Assembly (NCBI GenBank): GCA_003599745.1
Contig: QZJL01000029.1
Location: forward strand, 1 to 48,334
Direction: 5' to 3'
Source: Dehalococcoidia bacterium
GTDB taxonomy: Bacteria > Chloroflexota > Dehalococcoidia > Dehalococcoidales > SURF-40
DNA length: 48,334 nucleotides
This document shows, in pieces, positions 18,703-28,541 of the stretch; the first letter of the stretch is position 1, and every line of letters begins with the position of its first letter. The notes under the pieces were generated by a model. The model was not told the DNA's origin. It saw nothing but the letters and a program-made list of their open reading frames with translations, and made no database searches. The position numbers and the translations under genes are program-made.

Positions 18703-20217
18703 ATGGCAACCCGGGGACAGGATATTGTCTCGGTAATCAAAAAGCAGATCGAGCAGTTCGGCGAGAAAGTCGCCCTAGTGGACGTGGGCACGGTCATCGA
18801 GGCCGGAGACGGCATCGCCCGCATCCACGGGCTGAGCGGCGCCCGCTACAGCGAGCTTTTGGAGTTTCCGGGCGGCGTTATGGGCATCGCCCTCAACCTG
18901 GAAGAAGAGAGTGTTTCCGCGGTCATCCTGGGCGACTACAGCCGCATCAAGGAAGGCGACGAGGTGCGCTCAACCGGGCGCATCGCCGAGGTGCCGGTCG
19001 GCGCCGCCCTCATCGGTCGGGTGGTTGACCCGCTGGGCCAGCCGCTGGACGGCAGGGGGACGGTGAAGACCGAGGGCTTCCGCGCCATCGAGCGAGTCGC
19101 CCCCAACGTCGTCACCCGCAGCTCGGTGAACACGCCGGTACAGACCGGCATCAAGGCCATTGACAGCCTCATCCCCATCGGCCGGGGACAGCGCGAGCTT
19201 ATCATCGGCGACCGCTCCACCGGCAAGACCGCCATTACCCTGGACACCATCATCAACCAGAAGGGCGGCGACCTGGTCTGCATCTACGTCGCCATCGGCC
19301 AGAAGGCGAGCAAGGTCGCCCGGGTGGTGGCGACACTGGAATCCCACGGCGCGATGGCGCACACCGTGGTGGTGGCGGCCAACGCCTCGGATAGCGCGGC
19401 GCTCCAATACCTTGCCCCCTACGCCGGCTGCGCCATCGGCGAGGAGTTCATGGAAAAGGGCAAAGACGCCCTCATCGTCTATGACGACCTGACCAAGCAC
19501 GCCTGGGCCTACCGCCAGCTTTCCCTGCTTTTGCACCGCCCGCCGGGACGCGAGGCCTACCCGGGCGACGTATTTTACCTGCACAGCCGCCTCCTTGAGA
19601 GAGCCGCCAAGTATGACCAGGCGCACGGCGGCGGCTCGCTGACGGCGCTGCCCATCATCGAGACGCAGGCCGGCGATGTCTCGGCCTACATCCCCACCAA
19701 CGTAATCTCAATCACCGACGGTCAGATATATCTTGAGACCGACCTCTTCAACGCCGGCACCCGCCCGGCGCTCAACGTGGGTATCTCGGTGTCCCGCGTC
19801 GGTTCGAACGCCCAGACCAAAGCCATGAAACAGGTGGCTTCCCGGCTTAAACTGGAGCTGGCCCAATTCCGGGAACTGGCGGCCTTCGCCCAGTTCGGCA
19901 CCGCTGAGCTCGACAAGGCGACCAAAGCCCAGCTGGAGCGCGGCCAGCGCATCAGCGAGGTCTTGAAGCAGCCGCAATACGTGCCTATGCCGGTGGCTAA
20001 CCAGGTGATGATTCTCTACACCGCCATCAACGGCCACTTAGATGACATCGAAGTCGCCAAACTCACCGCTTTCGAGACCGATTTTCACCGCTTCATGGCC
20101 GCCAACCATCCTGACATCGGCGCTAAAATCGCCGGGGAAAAGCAAATCAGCCCCCAGACCGAGGAAGCTTTAAAGGCGGCGATTGGCGAGTTCAAGAAAG
20201 GGAGACTGCCGGTATAG
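18703..20217 (+). CDS. atpA: F-type ATP synthase subunit alpha
   Basis: Walker [33 protein letters not shown]. Confidence 0.97.
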   Translation: MATRGQDIVSVIKKQIEQFGEKVALVDVGTVIEAGDGIARIHGLSGARYSELLEFPGGVMGIALNLEEESVSAVILGDYSRIKEGDEVRSTGRIAEVPVGAALIGRVVDPLGQPLDGRGTVKTEGFRAIERVAPNVVTRSSVNTPVQTGIKAIDSLIPIGRGQRELIIGDRSTGKTAITLDTIINQKGGDLVCIYVAIGQKASKVARVVATLESHGAMAHTVVVAANASDSAALQYLAPYAGCAIGEEFMEKGKDALIVYDDLTKHAWAYRQLSLLLHRPPGREAYPGDVFYLHSRLLERAAKYDQAHGGGSLTALPIIETQAGDVSAYIPTNVISITDGQIYLETDLFNAGTRPALNVGISVSRVGSNAQTKAMKQVASRLKLELAQFRELAAFAQFGTAELDKATKAQLERGQRISEVLKQPQYVPMPVANQVMILYTAINGHLDDIEVAKLTAFETDFHRFMAANHPDIGAKIAGEKQISPQTEEALKAAIGEFKKGRLPV

Positions 20218-20220
20218 ACG

Positions 20221-21078
20221 ATGGCTAACATCCGCCTCATCCGCCGCCAGATACGCGGCGTCCAGAATATCGCCAAAATCACCCGCGCCATGGAGATGAT
20301 CGCCACCTCCAAGATGCGGCGGGCGCAGGAAGCCGGACTGGCGGGACGGCCCTACGCCGAGTTGATTACGCGGGTGCTGAGTCATCTCGCGGCGCTCGAA
20401 GAGACCGGCCGCGAACACCACCCGCTGCTTGAGCGCCGCCCGGTAAAACGCGTCGCCATACTGCACATCACTCCTGACCGGGGACTCTGCGGCGGCCTTC
20501 ATTCCAGCCTCAACCGCAACCTCGCCAGCTTCATCCTGGAACAGAAGTTGCCGACTAGCCTGATTGTGGTGGGGCGCAAGGGCATCGACTTTGCCCGGCG
20601 CAATCACCTGGACATCCACGCCGAATTCACCCACATGAGCGACCGGGCGAGCCTGCTGGACACCCTGCCCATCTCCCGTATCATCATGGAAGACTACGTC
20701 GGCGGACACTGCGACCAGGTCTTTTTAGCTTACGCCCAGTTTGTCTCCACCACCGTCCAGCGGCCGGTCATGCAGCAGATACTGCCCATCGAACCGGCGA
20801 TGCCGGAAGCAGGGGTAAGTCCCGATTATATCTATGAGCCGGGGCCGACCGCCGTGCTCTCAGCGCTGTTGCCGCGTTTTGTCGAAATGCTGGTCTATCA
20901 CGCCGTACTGGAAGCCATCGCCAGCGAGCAGTCGGCCAGGGTTGTGGCGATGCGCAATGCCACCGACAACGCCAATGAGCTGATACAGAGCCTGACGCTG
21001 ACCTACAACAAGGTGCGCCAGGAGTCCATCACCACCGAGCTGCTGGACATCGCCGGCGGCGCGGCGGCGCTGGGCTGA
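20221..21078 (+). CDS. atpG: F-type ATP synthase subunit gamma
   Basis: IRRQIRGVQNIAKITRAMEMIATSKMRRAQ and C-terminal LTYNKVRQESITTELLDI. Confidence 0.95.
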   Translation: MANIRLIRRQIRGVQNIAKITRAMEMIATSKMRRAQEAGLAGRPYAELITRVLSHLAALEETGREHHPLLERRPVKRVAILHITPDRGLCGGLHSSLNRNLASFILEQKLPTSLIVVGRKGIDFARRNHLDIHAEFTHMSDRASLLDTLPISRIIMEDYVGGHCDQVFLAYAQFVSTTVQRPVMQQILPIEPAMPEAGVSPDYIYEPGPTAVLSALLPRFVEMLVYHAVLEAIASEQSARVVAMRNATDNANELIQSLTLTYNKVRQESITTELLDIAGGAAALG

Positions 21079-21098
21079 GGCTTCAAAAAGACAGTTAG

Positions 21099-22544
<1,446 letters not shown>

Positions 22545-22545
22545 C

Positions 22546-22971
22546 GTGTCACCCATCAGGCTGGACGTTGTCAGTGCCGAGCGGCTGGTTTTCTCCGACG
22601 AGGTGGATATGGTGCTCGCGCCGGGTACTCAGGGGCAACTGGGCATACTGCCGCACCACGCCCCTCTGATGACCATGCTCGAGCCGGGGGAGCTTCTGAT
22701 TCGCAAGGGGAATGCCGAGACATGCCTGGTGGTCGCCGGCGGCTTTATGGAAGTGCGCCCTGACCACGTTACCGTGCTGGCCGAGGCCGCTGAGAAGGCT
22801 GAGGAAATTGACATCGCCCGGGCGGAGGAGGCCCGCTGCCGCGCCGTCGCCCGCCTGGAAAAACACGCCCCCGACGTTGACCTCGGGCAGGCGGAGGCCG
22901 CCTTAAGACGCTCGCTGGCACGCATCAGGGCCGCTGAGAGACTTAAGACCAGGAGACGGCAGGGAGGCTAA
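22546..22971 (+). CDS. atpC: F-type ATP synthase subunit epsilon
   Basis: The GTG start at 22546 gives [20 protein letters not shown]..., the typical epsilon N-terminus. Listed ORF 22498 begins inside atpD in the same frame. Confidence 0.88.
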   Translation: MSPIRLDVVSAERLVFSDEVDMVLAPGTQGQLGILPHHAPLMTMLEPGELLIRKGNAETCLVVAGGFMEVRPDHVTVLAEAAEKAEEIDIARAEEARCRAVARLEKHAPDVDLGQAEAALRRSLARIRAAERLKTRRRQGG

Positions 22972-23107
22972 GGGCTGCCCTAACTGAAAGGGTTAGGAGT
23001 TTCCGTTATCTCGGAAGACTGGTTATCCAACGACTTTTTCTTTGTTGTCGTTTCCTCATCACCAACACCCTGATTATAACACAACTTCTCGGCGGATAAG
23101 GCAGAGG

Positions 23108-23138
23108 GCAAAAAACAAACAAAAGAGCCTTATGGCTC
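23108..23138 (-). terminator. Candidate intrinsic terminator of the rpsP-KH operon
   Basis: Minus strand: GGAGCC-AUAA-GGCUCU hairpin followed by UUUGUUUGUUUUUUG. Located about 40 nt after the KH gene stop. Confidence 0.5.
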
Positions 23139-23176
23139 CAGACCTGGTGGGGTTCGTCTGAGGTTGAAAAGGAGAG

Positions 23177-23404
23177 CTAGATAATCTCGAGGGTGACCCG
23201 GGTGCCCGCCTTGGCGGCTTTAACGCGCAGCAGGGTGCGCATCGCGCCGGCAATCCGGCCCTGTTTTCCGATTATCCGGCCCTTATCTTCATCGGCAACC
23301 TTGAGTTGTAAAACGATGCCGCGCTCGTCTTCCGTCTCGGTCACGACCACTGAATCGGGGGCGTTGACAATGGACCTGGCGATGTACTCCACGAGTTCTT
23401 TCAT
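23177..23404 (-). CDS. KH-domain RNA-binding protein (YlqC/UPF0109 type)
   Basis: 75 aa with GxxG motif in GRIIGKQGRIAGAMRTLL. ATGA overlap with the rpsP stop. Conserved rpsP-KH synteny. Confidence 0.85.
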   Translation of the reverse strand: MKELVEYIARSIVNAPDSVVVTETEDERGIVLQLKVADEDKGRIIGKQGRIAGAMRTLLRVKAAKAGTRVTLEII

Positions 23405-23670
23405 GGTGTCTCCTTGAGCTTCTTGAACTTGTCCATGATGCCTGCCTTGGCCAGTAGCCGGGCAACGGTCTCGGTCGGTTGAGCGCCTTTGCCCAGCCAG
23501 TGCAACGCTTGTTCCTCATCAATGACGATGGTTTCCGGGTTGGTGCGGGGGTCAAAGTGGCCGAGCCGGGCGATAAACGCGCCGTCCCTCGGAGAATGGG
23601 AATCGCTGACCACCACCCGGTAGCTCGGTTTCTGCTTGGCTCCAACTCTGCGCAATCTTATTTTAACCAT
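23401..23670 (-). CDS. rpsP: 30S ribosomal protein S16
   Basis: MVKIRLRRVGAKQKPSYRVVVSDSHSPRDG. The listed ORF extends to 23748, but the conserved N-terminus starts at ATG 23670. Confidence 0.95.
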   Translation of the reverse strand: MVKIRLRRVGAKQKPSYRVVVSDSHSPRDGAFIARLGHFDPRTNPETIVIDEEQALHWLGKGAQPTETVARLLAKAGIMDKFKKLKETP

Positions 23671-23679
23671 ACGTATTAC

Positions 23680-23709
23680 ACTATACGATAACCCAGTCGG
23701 GACTGTCAA
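23680..23709 (-). promoter_or_regulatory. Candidate promoter of rpsP giving a near-leaderless transcript
   Basis: Minus strand: TTGACA, 18-nt spacer, TATAGT, then 9 nt to the ATG with no SD. Confidence 0.5.
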
Positions 23710-23886
23710 CCGCCCACAGTGTAATCTTTCTTGACAGCCGGGCCCCACATCTGATTGGAATCTTCGCCAAATGGATATTGACTTTTATGAGACATTAATA
23801 TACTATTCTGGACAACAATATAATTTATGAGAATCGTCGAGTCACAGTTTTCTGACATCGATGGGGACTATCGTGAGGTATCAGGG

Positions 23887-24432
23887 ATGGCATTAATGAC
23901 AGTTCAGGAGGTCGCTGATTATCTTCGGGTCACAACGAAGACGGTATACAGACTGCTTGAGAAAGATAGCATACCGGCGACAAAGGTAGGCCGTCAATGG
24001 AGATTTGACGAGTCCTCAATTGATGTCTGGCTGCGTCAGCAGCCGGCAGAAAAAAAAGTAGCGAATATCCTTGTCATAGACGATGACCAGATGATTTGCC
24101 TGCTTTTCAAAGACGCTCTTGAGGCATTGGGGCACGCTGTAACCACCGTTGAAAACCCTTTAAAAGGATTGGACCTGGTGAAAAACGGAGATTATGACCT
24201 AGTATTTCTTGATTTGAAAATGCCGGGAATGGATGGTGCTGAGCTTTTAGCACAAATCAGGATAGCCAAACCCAAGCTCCCGGTAACTGTGATTACCGGT
24301 TACCCGGAAAGCGAACTTATGATGCGTGCTCTGGTACATGGCCCGCTAGGCGTGATGAGCAAGCCTTTTCGGGTATCGGATGTCCTGATCGCTGTTAATA
24401 ACTACCTCAGATTCGGCACAACGACCAAATAA
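23887..24432 (+). CDS. Response regulator with reversed architecture: N-terminal excisionase/MerR-type HTH and C-terminal receiver domain
   Basis: HTH: MTVQEVADYLRVTTKTVYRLLEKDSIPATKVGRQWRF. REC: ILVIDDD, LVFLDLKMPGMDG, VITGY, SKPF. The ORF is open from ATG 23827; ATG 23887 has a GAGG SD and matches the usual HTH N-terminus. Confidence 0.8.
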   Translation: MALMTVQEVADYLRVTTKTVYRLLEKDSIPATKVGRQWRFDESSIDVWLRQQPAEKKVANILVIDDDQMICLLFKDALEALGHAVTTVENPLKGLDLVKNGDYDLVFLDLKMPGMDGAELLAQIRIAKPKLPVTVITGYPESELMMRALVHGPLGVMSKPFRVSDVLIAVNNYLRFGTTTK

Positions 24433-24437
24433 TATTT

Positions 24438-24457
24438 AAGGAGGGATTATGCGCTGA
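24438..24457 (+). promoter_or_regulatory. Strong SD followed by a two-codon mini-ORF (ATG CGC TGA) upstream of the precursor-peptide gene
   Basis: AAGGAGGG (24438-24445), 3-nt spacer, then ATG-CGC-TGA (24449-24457). Confidence 0.35.
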
Positions 24458-24522
24458 ACATCTTCGCCCATTGAACCATGTCTTCATATTACTGCAAACG
24501 AAATTTCGAAAGGAGTCATCAA

Positions 24523-24753
24523 ATGAGGTCTCAGGCATTACAAAGTCTGGTCAAAAAAATCTTCGGCGACGAAAAGACGAGGCTCGAATTCGAGTCAAAC
24601 CCGGAAGGCGTTCTATCCCAGTTCGATCTATCGAAACAAGAGAAAAAAGCGGTGATGAACACCTATTCTAAACTGGGGTTGGTGAGCGGTAACTCTCAGC
24701 AGATGGAGGCAACGCTTAAAGCCACTATCGATTGGAGTGCCCCCGAGCCGTGA
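24523..24753 (+). CDS. 76-aa candidate RiPP/pheromone precursor peptide (NHLP/Nif11-like leader, Trp-containing C-terminal core)
   Basis: AAAGGAG SD lies 7 nt before ATG 24523 (listed ORF starts at 24478). Leader: LVKKIFGDEKTRLEFESNPEGVLSQFDLSKQEKKAV. C-terminus: ...GNSQQMEATLKATIDWSAPEP, containing the only Trp. Its stop overlaps a GTG of the next gene (GTGA). Confidence 0.6.
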   Translation: MRSQALQSLVKKIFGDEKTRLEFESNPEGVLSQFDLSKQEKKAVMNTYSKLGLVSGNSQQMEATLKATIDWSAPEP

Positions 24754-25715
24754 CGCCACTGCCGTGGCAAGAAAAACAGACTCAGGTTCTCAGAAGTGAG
24801 ATAGATTTAGTTCTGGCGCCTTTGACTAACATTGCTAGTTTATGCGATTTGGTTAAAGAATCTCTTACACAGGAGAGAAGGGCATTTGCCACCGAACACG
24901 AGAATAGCCGGCCGTGGCCTCTATTACCTTTGATAATATGTGAGGCGATCTCAGGCCAATATGAAGTAGCAATCCCTGTGGCAGCCGCTCGCCAATTTAT
25001 GGTAGCTGCTGCTGACATCTTTGATGACATAGAGGACGAAGATTCTCCGAGGTCGTTACCTGCCAAATATGGGGTTGCAGCGGCGACAAATGTGGCGACA
25101 ACTCTTCTAATTCTGGCAGAAAGAGCTGTTACGCGACTTAAAGATAAAGGCGTCTCAAATGAGAATGTAGTCCGAGTCATGGACTCTTTCAATTCGTTCT
25201 ATGCCACTGCATGTGTTGGGCAACACTTAGACCTCTCTTTAACTCCAGAAACAGCGGCCTCGGAGGAAATCTATCTCAGAATCATAGAATTGAAGTCAGC
25301 GTCTCAGGTAAAGTGTGCCTGCAATATAGGAGCGTTGCTAGCAGGAGCTGACCGGCAATTGATCGCCAAGTTCTCAGATTTTGGTTATAACCTTGGAATG
25401 GCTTCACAAATCACAAATGACATTCAGGGGATTACTGATGGAAAGGACATTTTTAATAGAAAAATAACTCTGCCTGTAATATACGCACTAAATCAAACGG
25501 AGGGGGACATTCGGCTAGAGCTAGAGACCGTATTCTGCAAAAGGTCCAAGCATGAACCTGCTACATCATTAATACAGGATTTGTTGTTTCGTACCGGTGG
25601 CATTCACTACGCTGTGGTAAAGATGGAACTATATAGACAGAAAGCTATGGATATCCTATCAGATATTACAAAGTTAGGAATTGTTGTAGAAAGGCTAAAA
25701 CTGTTCCTAGAATGA
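24750..25715 (+). CDS. Polyprenyl-synthetase-family protein with degenerate catalytic motifs; ComQ-like peptide prenyltransferase candidate
   Basis: First acidic motif retained (IFDDIEDED). The second DDxxD is replaced by NDIQG (GMASQITNDIQG). GGKRxRP and RRG signatures are absent. GQHLDL and KITLPVIYAL match the family fold. The ORF is open from TTG 24732; GTG 24750 gives GTGA coupling to the peptide gene. Confidence 0.75.
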   Translation: MTPLPWQEKQTQVLRSEIDLVLAPLTNIASLCDLVKESLTQERRAFATEHENSRPWPLLPLIICEAISGQYEVAIPVAAARQFMVAAADIFDDIEDEDSPRSLPAKYGVAAATNVATTLLILAERAVTRLKDKGVSNENVVRVMDSFNSFYATACVGQHLDLSLTPETAASEEIYLRIIELKSASQVKCACNIGALLAGADRQLIAKFSDFGYNLGMASQITNDIQGITDGKDIFNRKITLPVIYALNQTEGDIRLELETVFCKRSKHEPATSLIQDLLFRTGGIHYAVVKMELYRQKAMDILSDITKLGIVVERLKLFLE

Positions 25716-25731
25716 AACAAACGGAGTTCCC

Positions 25732-28155
25732 TTGAGTTCTTCAGATAATAGATTAAACCGGCTGCTAACTGGGAAAGAAGGACTGAAGCCAACGCTGCTT
25801 TTATTCTTTGCCTTCTGCATTGTAGCTATTTCCCTAATTTTCTTCATCTCAAGTATCGGCAAGCCGTCTATCGGAGTAAGTCTCACTCGTGATTCTCAAG
25901 GTTGGCTAGTCAGCATCACGGATGCAAACGGCTTAGCAAATGAGACTGGTATTAAAGCCGGTGACAGGCCAATAGAAATCAATGGTCAGCCAGCCCAAGT
26001 GTTCTTAGAAAAATACGAAGAGGTCGGTTTGGTTCTTGGAAGACTAATCCAGAAACTCACTGTAGTCGACAATGTTGGACAGACCAAGACGGTAGTTCTT
26101 GAAGGTACTTCACCTTCATGGGAATCGATCATTAGCCGGATCTCGAGGTTTGCAGTCTCCTTCATATTTTGGATAACCGCATTCTTCGTGTTCTTTAAAA
26201 AACCGAAAAGCATTTTATCTCTACTGCTAATATTAATGGGGCTTTCATTCGGTCTTGTCCTTAGTGGGAACATGGCATCTGAGGTTGCAATTGCCACAGC
26301 GGTCTGGTTTGAGGTTACTGCGACAGCTATCGCGCCTTGGCTGCTCCTCCATTTTTTCCTTGCGCTACCCCAGGAGCGAGTTTGGGCTCGGGGAAACAAC
26401 CTCGTATATCTTATCTATCTTTTACCGCTAATTGCTGCGGTTTTATTCCCTATTGTTGGTTATGCTAATGGGCAACCTGTGCCGGGATTTCGATCCTTCA
26501 GGTACGCCTTGTATGCATCGGGATTTATAGCAGTAATTTGTGTGGCAGTCGTCAACTACTTCCGTACTGATTTGACCAGAACAAGGCAGCAAATGAAGAT
26601 AGTGTTATTCGGCTGTCTTGCTGCCCTAATTCCTCCCCTAGCTCTCTATATTATCCCGTCAGCGATATGGGGACGGGCCATTCTTCCCGGAGAAATAAAT
26701 ATTTTGTTTGTTGCGTTCATACCCCTGGCTATGGGTTACGCAGTCGTCACAAAACAGCTGATGGACATAGACGTTATTATGAGGCGGAGTTTGATTTATG
26801 GCCTGGTCACCATAGTGATGGCAGCAATTCTATCGGCCGGTATTTTTATTGCATTTGCTTTCCGTCGCACTATGGGGGTTCCCGAAGAAATACTGATTGC
26901 TCTGATTCTGGGAGGGATTGCCACCGCGTTATTCGGGCCAACCAAGAAGGGCGTTGAAAACCTCATTGACAGGCTTTTCTACAAAGACAGGTACGACTAC
27001 AAGCAAATAATCCAGAGCCTGGGTATCTCTTTGAACTCCGCTATTGGTTTAACCGCAGTTTCACGCCTCGTCGTCGGCACTGTGGTTAACACGTTGAATC
27101 TGGCTGGGGGATGTTTGTTTGTCAGGACACAATCCGGTTCTTTCGAGGTTGGAGCGGCACAGGGCTCGTATATTGACCCGGCCCAACAAAGACAGCTGCT
27201 GGAGCTGATTCCGAAGAGAAGCCGCCTGGTGGAGTTTCCAAATAATGCGCCATCAGAAAGTCCTGACGCAGCCTTCCTGGTGCCGCTCGTAGTAGGTGAG
27301 AAAGAGGTGGGTGTTCTTTGTCTGTCGCGTAAGAAAACCAGACAAGATTTTTCGCCGGACGACCTGTACCTAATCCAGGGGATTGCTTCAGCAGCTTCAA
27401 TGGCGTTGCACAGCGTTATGCTTAAACGTGACGTCAGTATCCGGGCTACTTTTGTCTCGGTCGCCTCCCACGAACTTCGCACCCCGTTGACTTCAATCGT
27501 AGGTTATGCCGACTTACTGCTGCAGCGCGACCCCCCGGCTGCCACCAGGAAACAGTGGCTCAAAAACATTCTTGATAACAGCCAGAGGGTCAGCGATATG
27601 GTGGACGACCTCTTGAATGTCAGCCGAATTCAGTCCGGCAAAACCAGTATCAAGCTTGAAAGAGTGAGCTTACCCGGTCCTCTTGAGGAGACTCTCTCCC
27701 TAAGCCGCGAAACTACCAACAAACATGAATTTGTTGTTGACATAGAACCCGGCCTTCCCTATTTATCGGTTGACCGGAACAAGTTCGGTGAGATTATTGG
27801 TAACCTTCTAAGCAACGCCATTAAATATAGCCCGAATGGTGGACTCATTACCCTTTCCGCTCGCTCTGAACCAGCAGAACACCGCGTAATTGTGAGCGTA
27901 TCTGATGAGGGTATTGGGATAGCTCCCGAAGATAGAGCCTCGCTGTTTACATCTTTTCACCGGATTCAGAGACCCGAGACCAAGGGAATCAGGGGAAGTG
28001 GCCTGGGTCTCTACATAGCCAAAGAGTGGACGGAGGCGATGGGGGGAAATATCTGGGTGGAGAGCGAATTGAACAAAGGCTCAACTTTCTTTGTGGCGGT
28101 TCCGGCTAAGGCTTCAAGTAAGGTGGGACAAGAATCAAGATTACCTGCCGAATAG
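25732..28155 (+). CDS. Polytopic membrane sensor histidine kinase (TM, PDZ-like segment, about 9 further TM helices, GAF-like, HisKA, HATPase)
   Basis: GIKAGDRPIEINGQP (PDZ-like), multiple hydrophobic helices, H-box VASHELRTPL, N box LLSNAIKYSPNGG, G boxes DEGIGI and GSGLGLYIAKEW. TTG start preceded by ACGGAG. Confidence 0.9.
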   Translation: MSSSDNRLNRLLTGKEGLKPTLLLFFAFCIVAISLIFFISSIGKPSIGVSLTRDSQGWLVSITDANGLANETGIKAGDRPIEINGQPAQVFLEKYEEVGLVLGRLIQKLTVVDNVGQTKTVVLEGTSPSWESIISRISRFAVSFIFWITAFFVFFKKPKSILSLLLILMGLSFGLVLSGNMASEVAIATAVWFEVTATAIAPWLLLHFFLALPQERVWARGNNLVYLIYLLPLIAAVLFPIVGYANGQPVPGFRSFRYALYASGFIAVICVAVVNYFRTDLTRTRQQMKIVLFGCLAALIPPLALYIIPSAIWGRAILPGEINILFVAFIPLAMGYAVVTKQLMDIDVIMRRSLIYGLVTIVMAAILSAGIFIAFAFRRTMGVPEEILIALILGGIATALFGPTKKGVENLIDRLFYKDRYDYKQIIQSLGISLNSAIGLTAVSRLVVGTVVNTLNLAGGCLFVRTQSGSFEVGAAQGSYIDPAQQRQLLELIPKRSRLVEFPNNAPSESPDAAFLVPLVVGEKEVGVLCLSRKKTRQDFSPDDLYLIQGIASAASMALHSVMLKRDVSIRATFVSVASHELRTPLTSIVGYADLLLQRDPPAATRKQWLKNILDNSQRVSDMVDDLLNVSRIQSGKTSIKLERVSLPGPLEETLSLSRETTNKHEFVVDIEPGLPYLSVDRNKFGEIIGNLLSNAIKYSPNGGLITLSARSEPAEHRVIVSVSDEGIGIAPEDRASLFTSFHRIQRPETKGIRGSGLGLYIAKEWTEAMGGNIWVESELNKGSTFFVAVPAKASSKVGQESRLPAE

Positions 28156-28539
28156 GGGACGAGAATAAAAAAGATATTAATAGTTGAGGATGACGAGAGC
28201 GTCAGGGACCTGCTCTGTGCCATATTCAACACCTTTATGGGGCGTTACCATACCGTATGCGCCAAAGATGGTGAAGAGGCTCTCAGCATCGCGCGGATTG
28301 ATGTCCCGGATATTATTTTGCTGGATATCAATTTGCCTGGCTTGAACGGATACCAGGTTTGCAGGCTTGTTAAGGCAGACCCGGGGATGTCAGAAACCAA
28401 AGTCATAATGATAACCGGTATGGCGCAAAGCTACGACCAGTCAAAAGCCAGGGAAGCGGGCGCTGACGGTTATTTCACAAAGCCATTCAGTTCCGCCGCC
28501 CTGGCTAAAAAAGTGGGGACTCTTCTTGAGAGCAGATAA
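28156..28539 (+). CDS. Stand-alone receiver (REC) domain whose conserved N-terminus precedes the first canonical start codon; in frame with the kinase across one TAG
   Basis: The frame opens right after the kinase TAG: GTRIKKILIVEDDESVRDLLCAIFNTFMGRY... No ATG, GTG or TTG occurs in frame before ATG 28237. REC residues present: EDD, ILLDINLPGLNG, MITG, FTKPF. Confidence 0.75.
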   Translation, partial: GTRIKKILIVEDDESVRDLLCAIFNTFMGRYHTVCAKDGEEALSIARIDVPDIILLDINLPGLNGYQVCRLVKADPGMSETKVIMITGMAQSYDQSKAREAGADGYFTKPFSSAALAKKVGTLLESR

Positions 28540-28541
28540 AG

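Noticed and set aside
22972-23107. Possible small RNA or atp operon terminator in the convergent atpC/KH spacer.
   Set aside because: I found only weak 6-bp stems (CCTAAC/GTTAGG, AACGAC/GTCGTT) without convincing U tracts. Nothing supports a call beyond the minus-strand terminator at 23108..23138.
24471-24671. Listed 66-aa ORF, and the 5' extension (24478) of the precursor ORF.
   Set aside because: ORF 24471 is in a different frame, is Lys/Arg-rich and has no SD. The AAAGGAG SD points to ATG 24523 in the other frame.
28153-28155. The TAG between the kinase and REC as a recoded sense codon (pyrrolysine or an alternative genetic code).
   Set aside because: TAG clearly terminates housekeeping genes in this same window: the tubulin-like gene at 2392-2394, ybaB at 4498-4500, atpE at 17399-17401 and atpD at 22542-22544. 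No pyl genes are present. Global recoding is therefore unlikely, though local readthrough remains possible (see findings).
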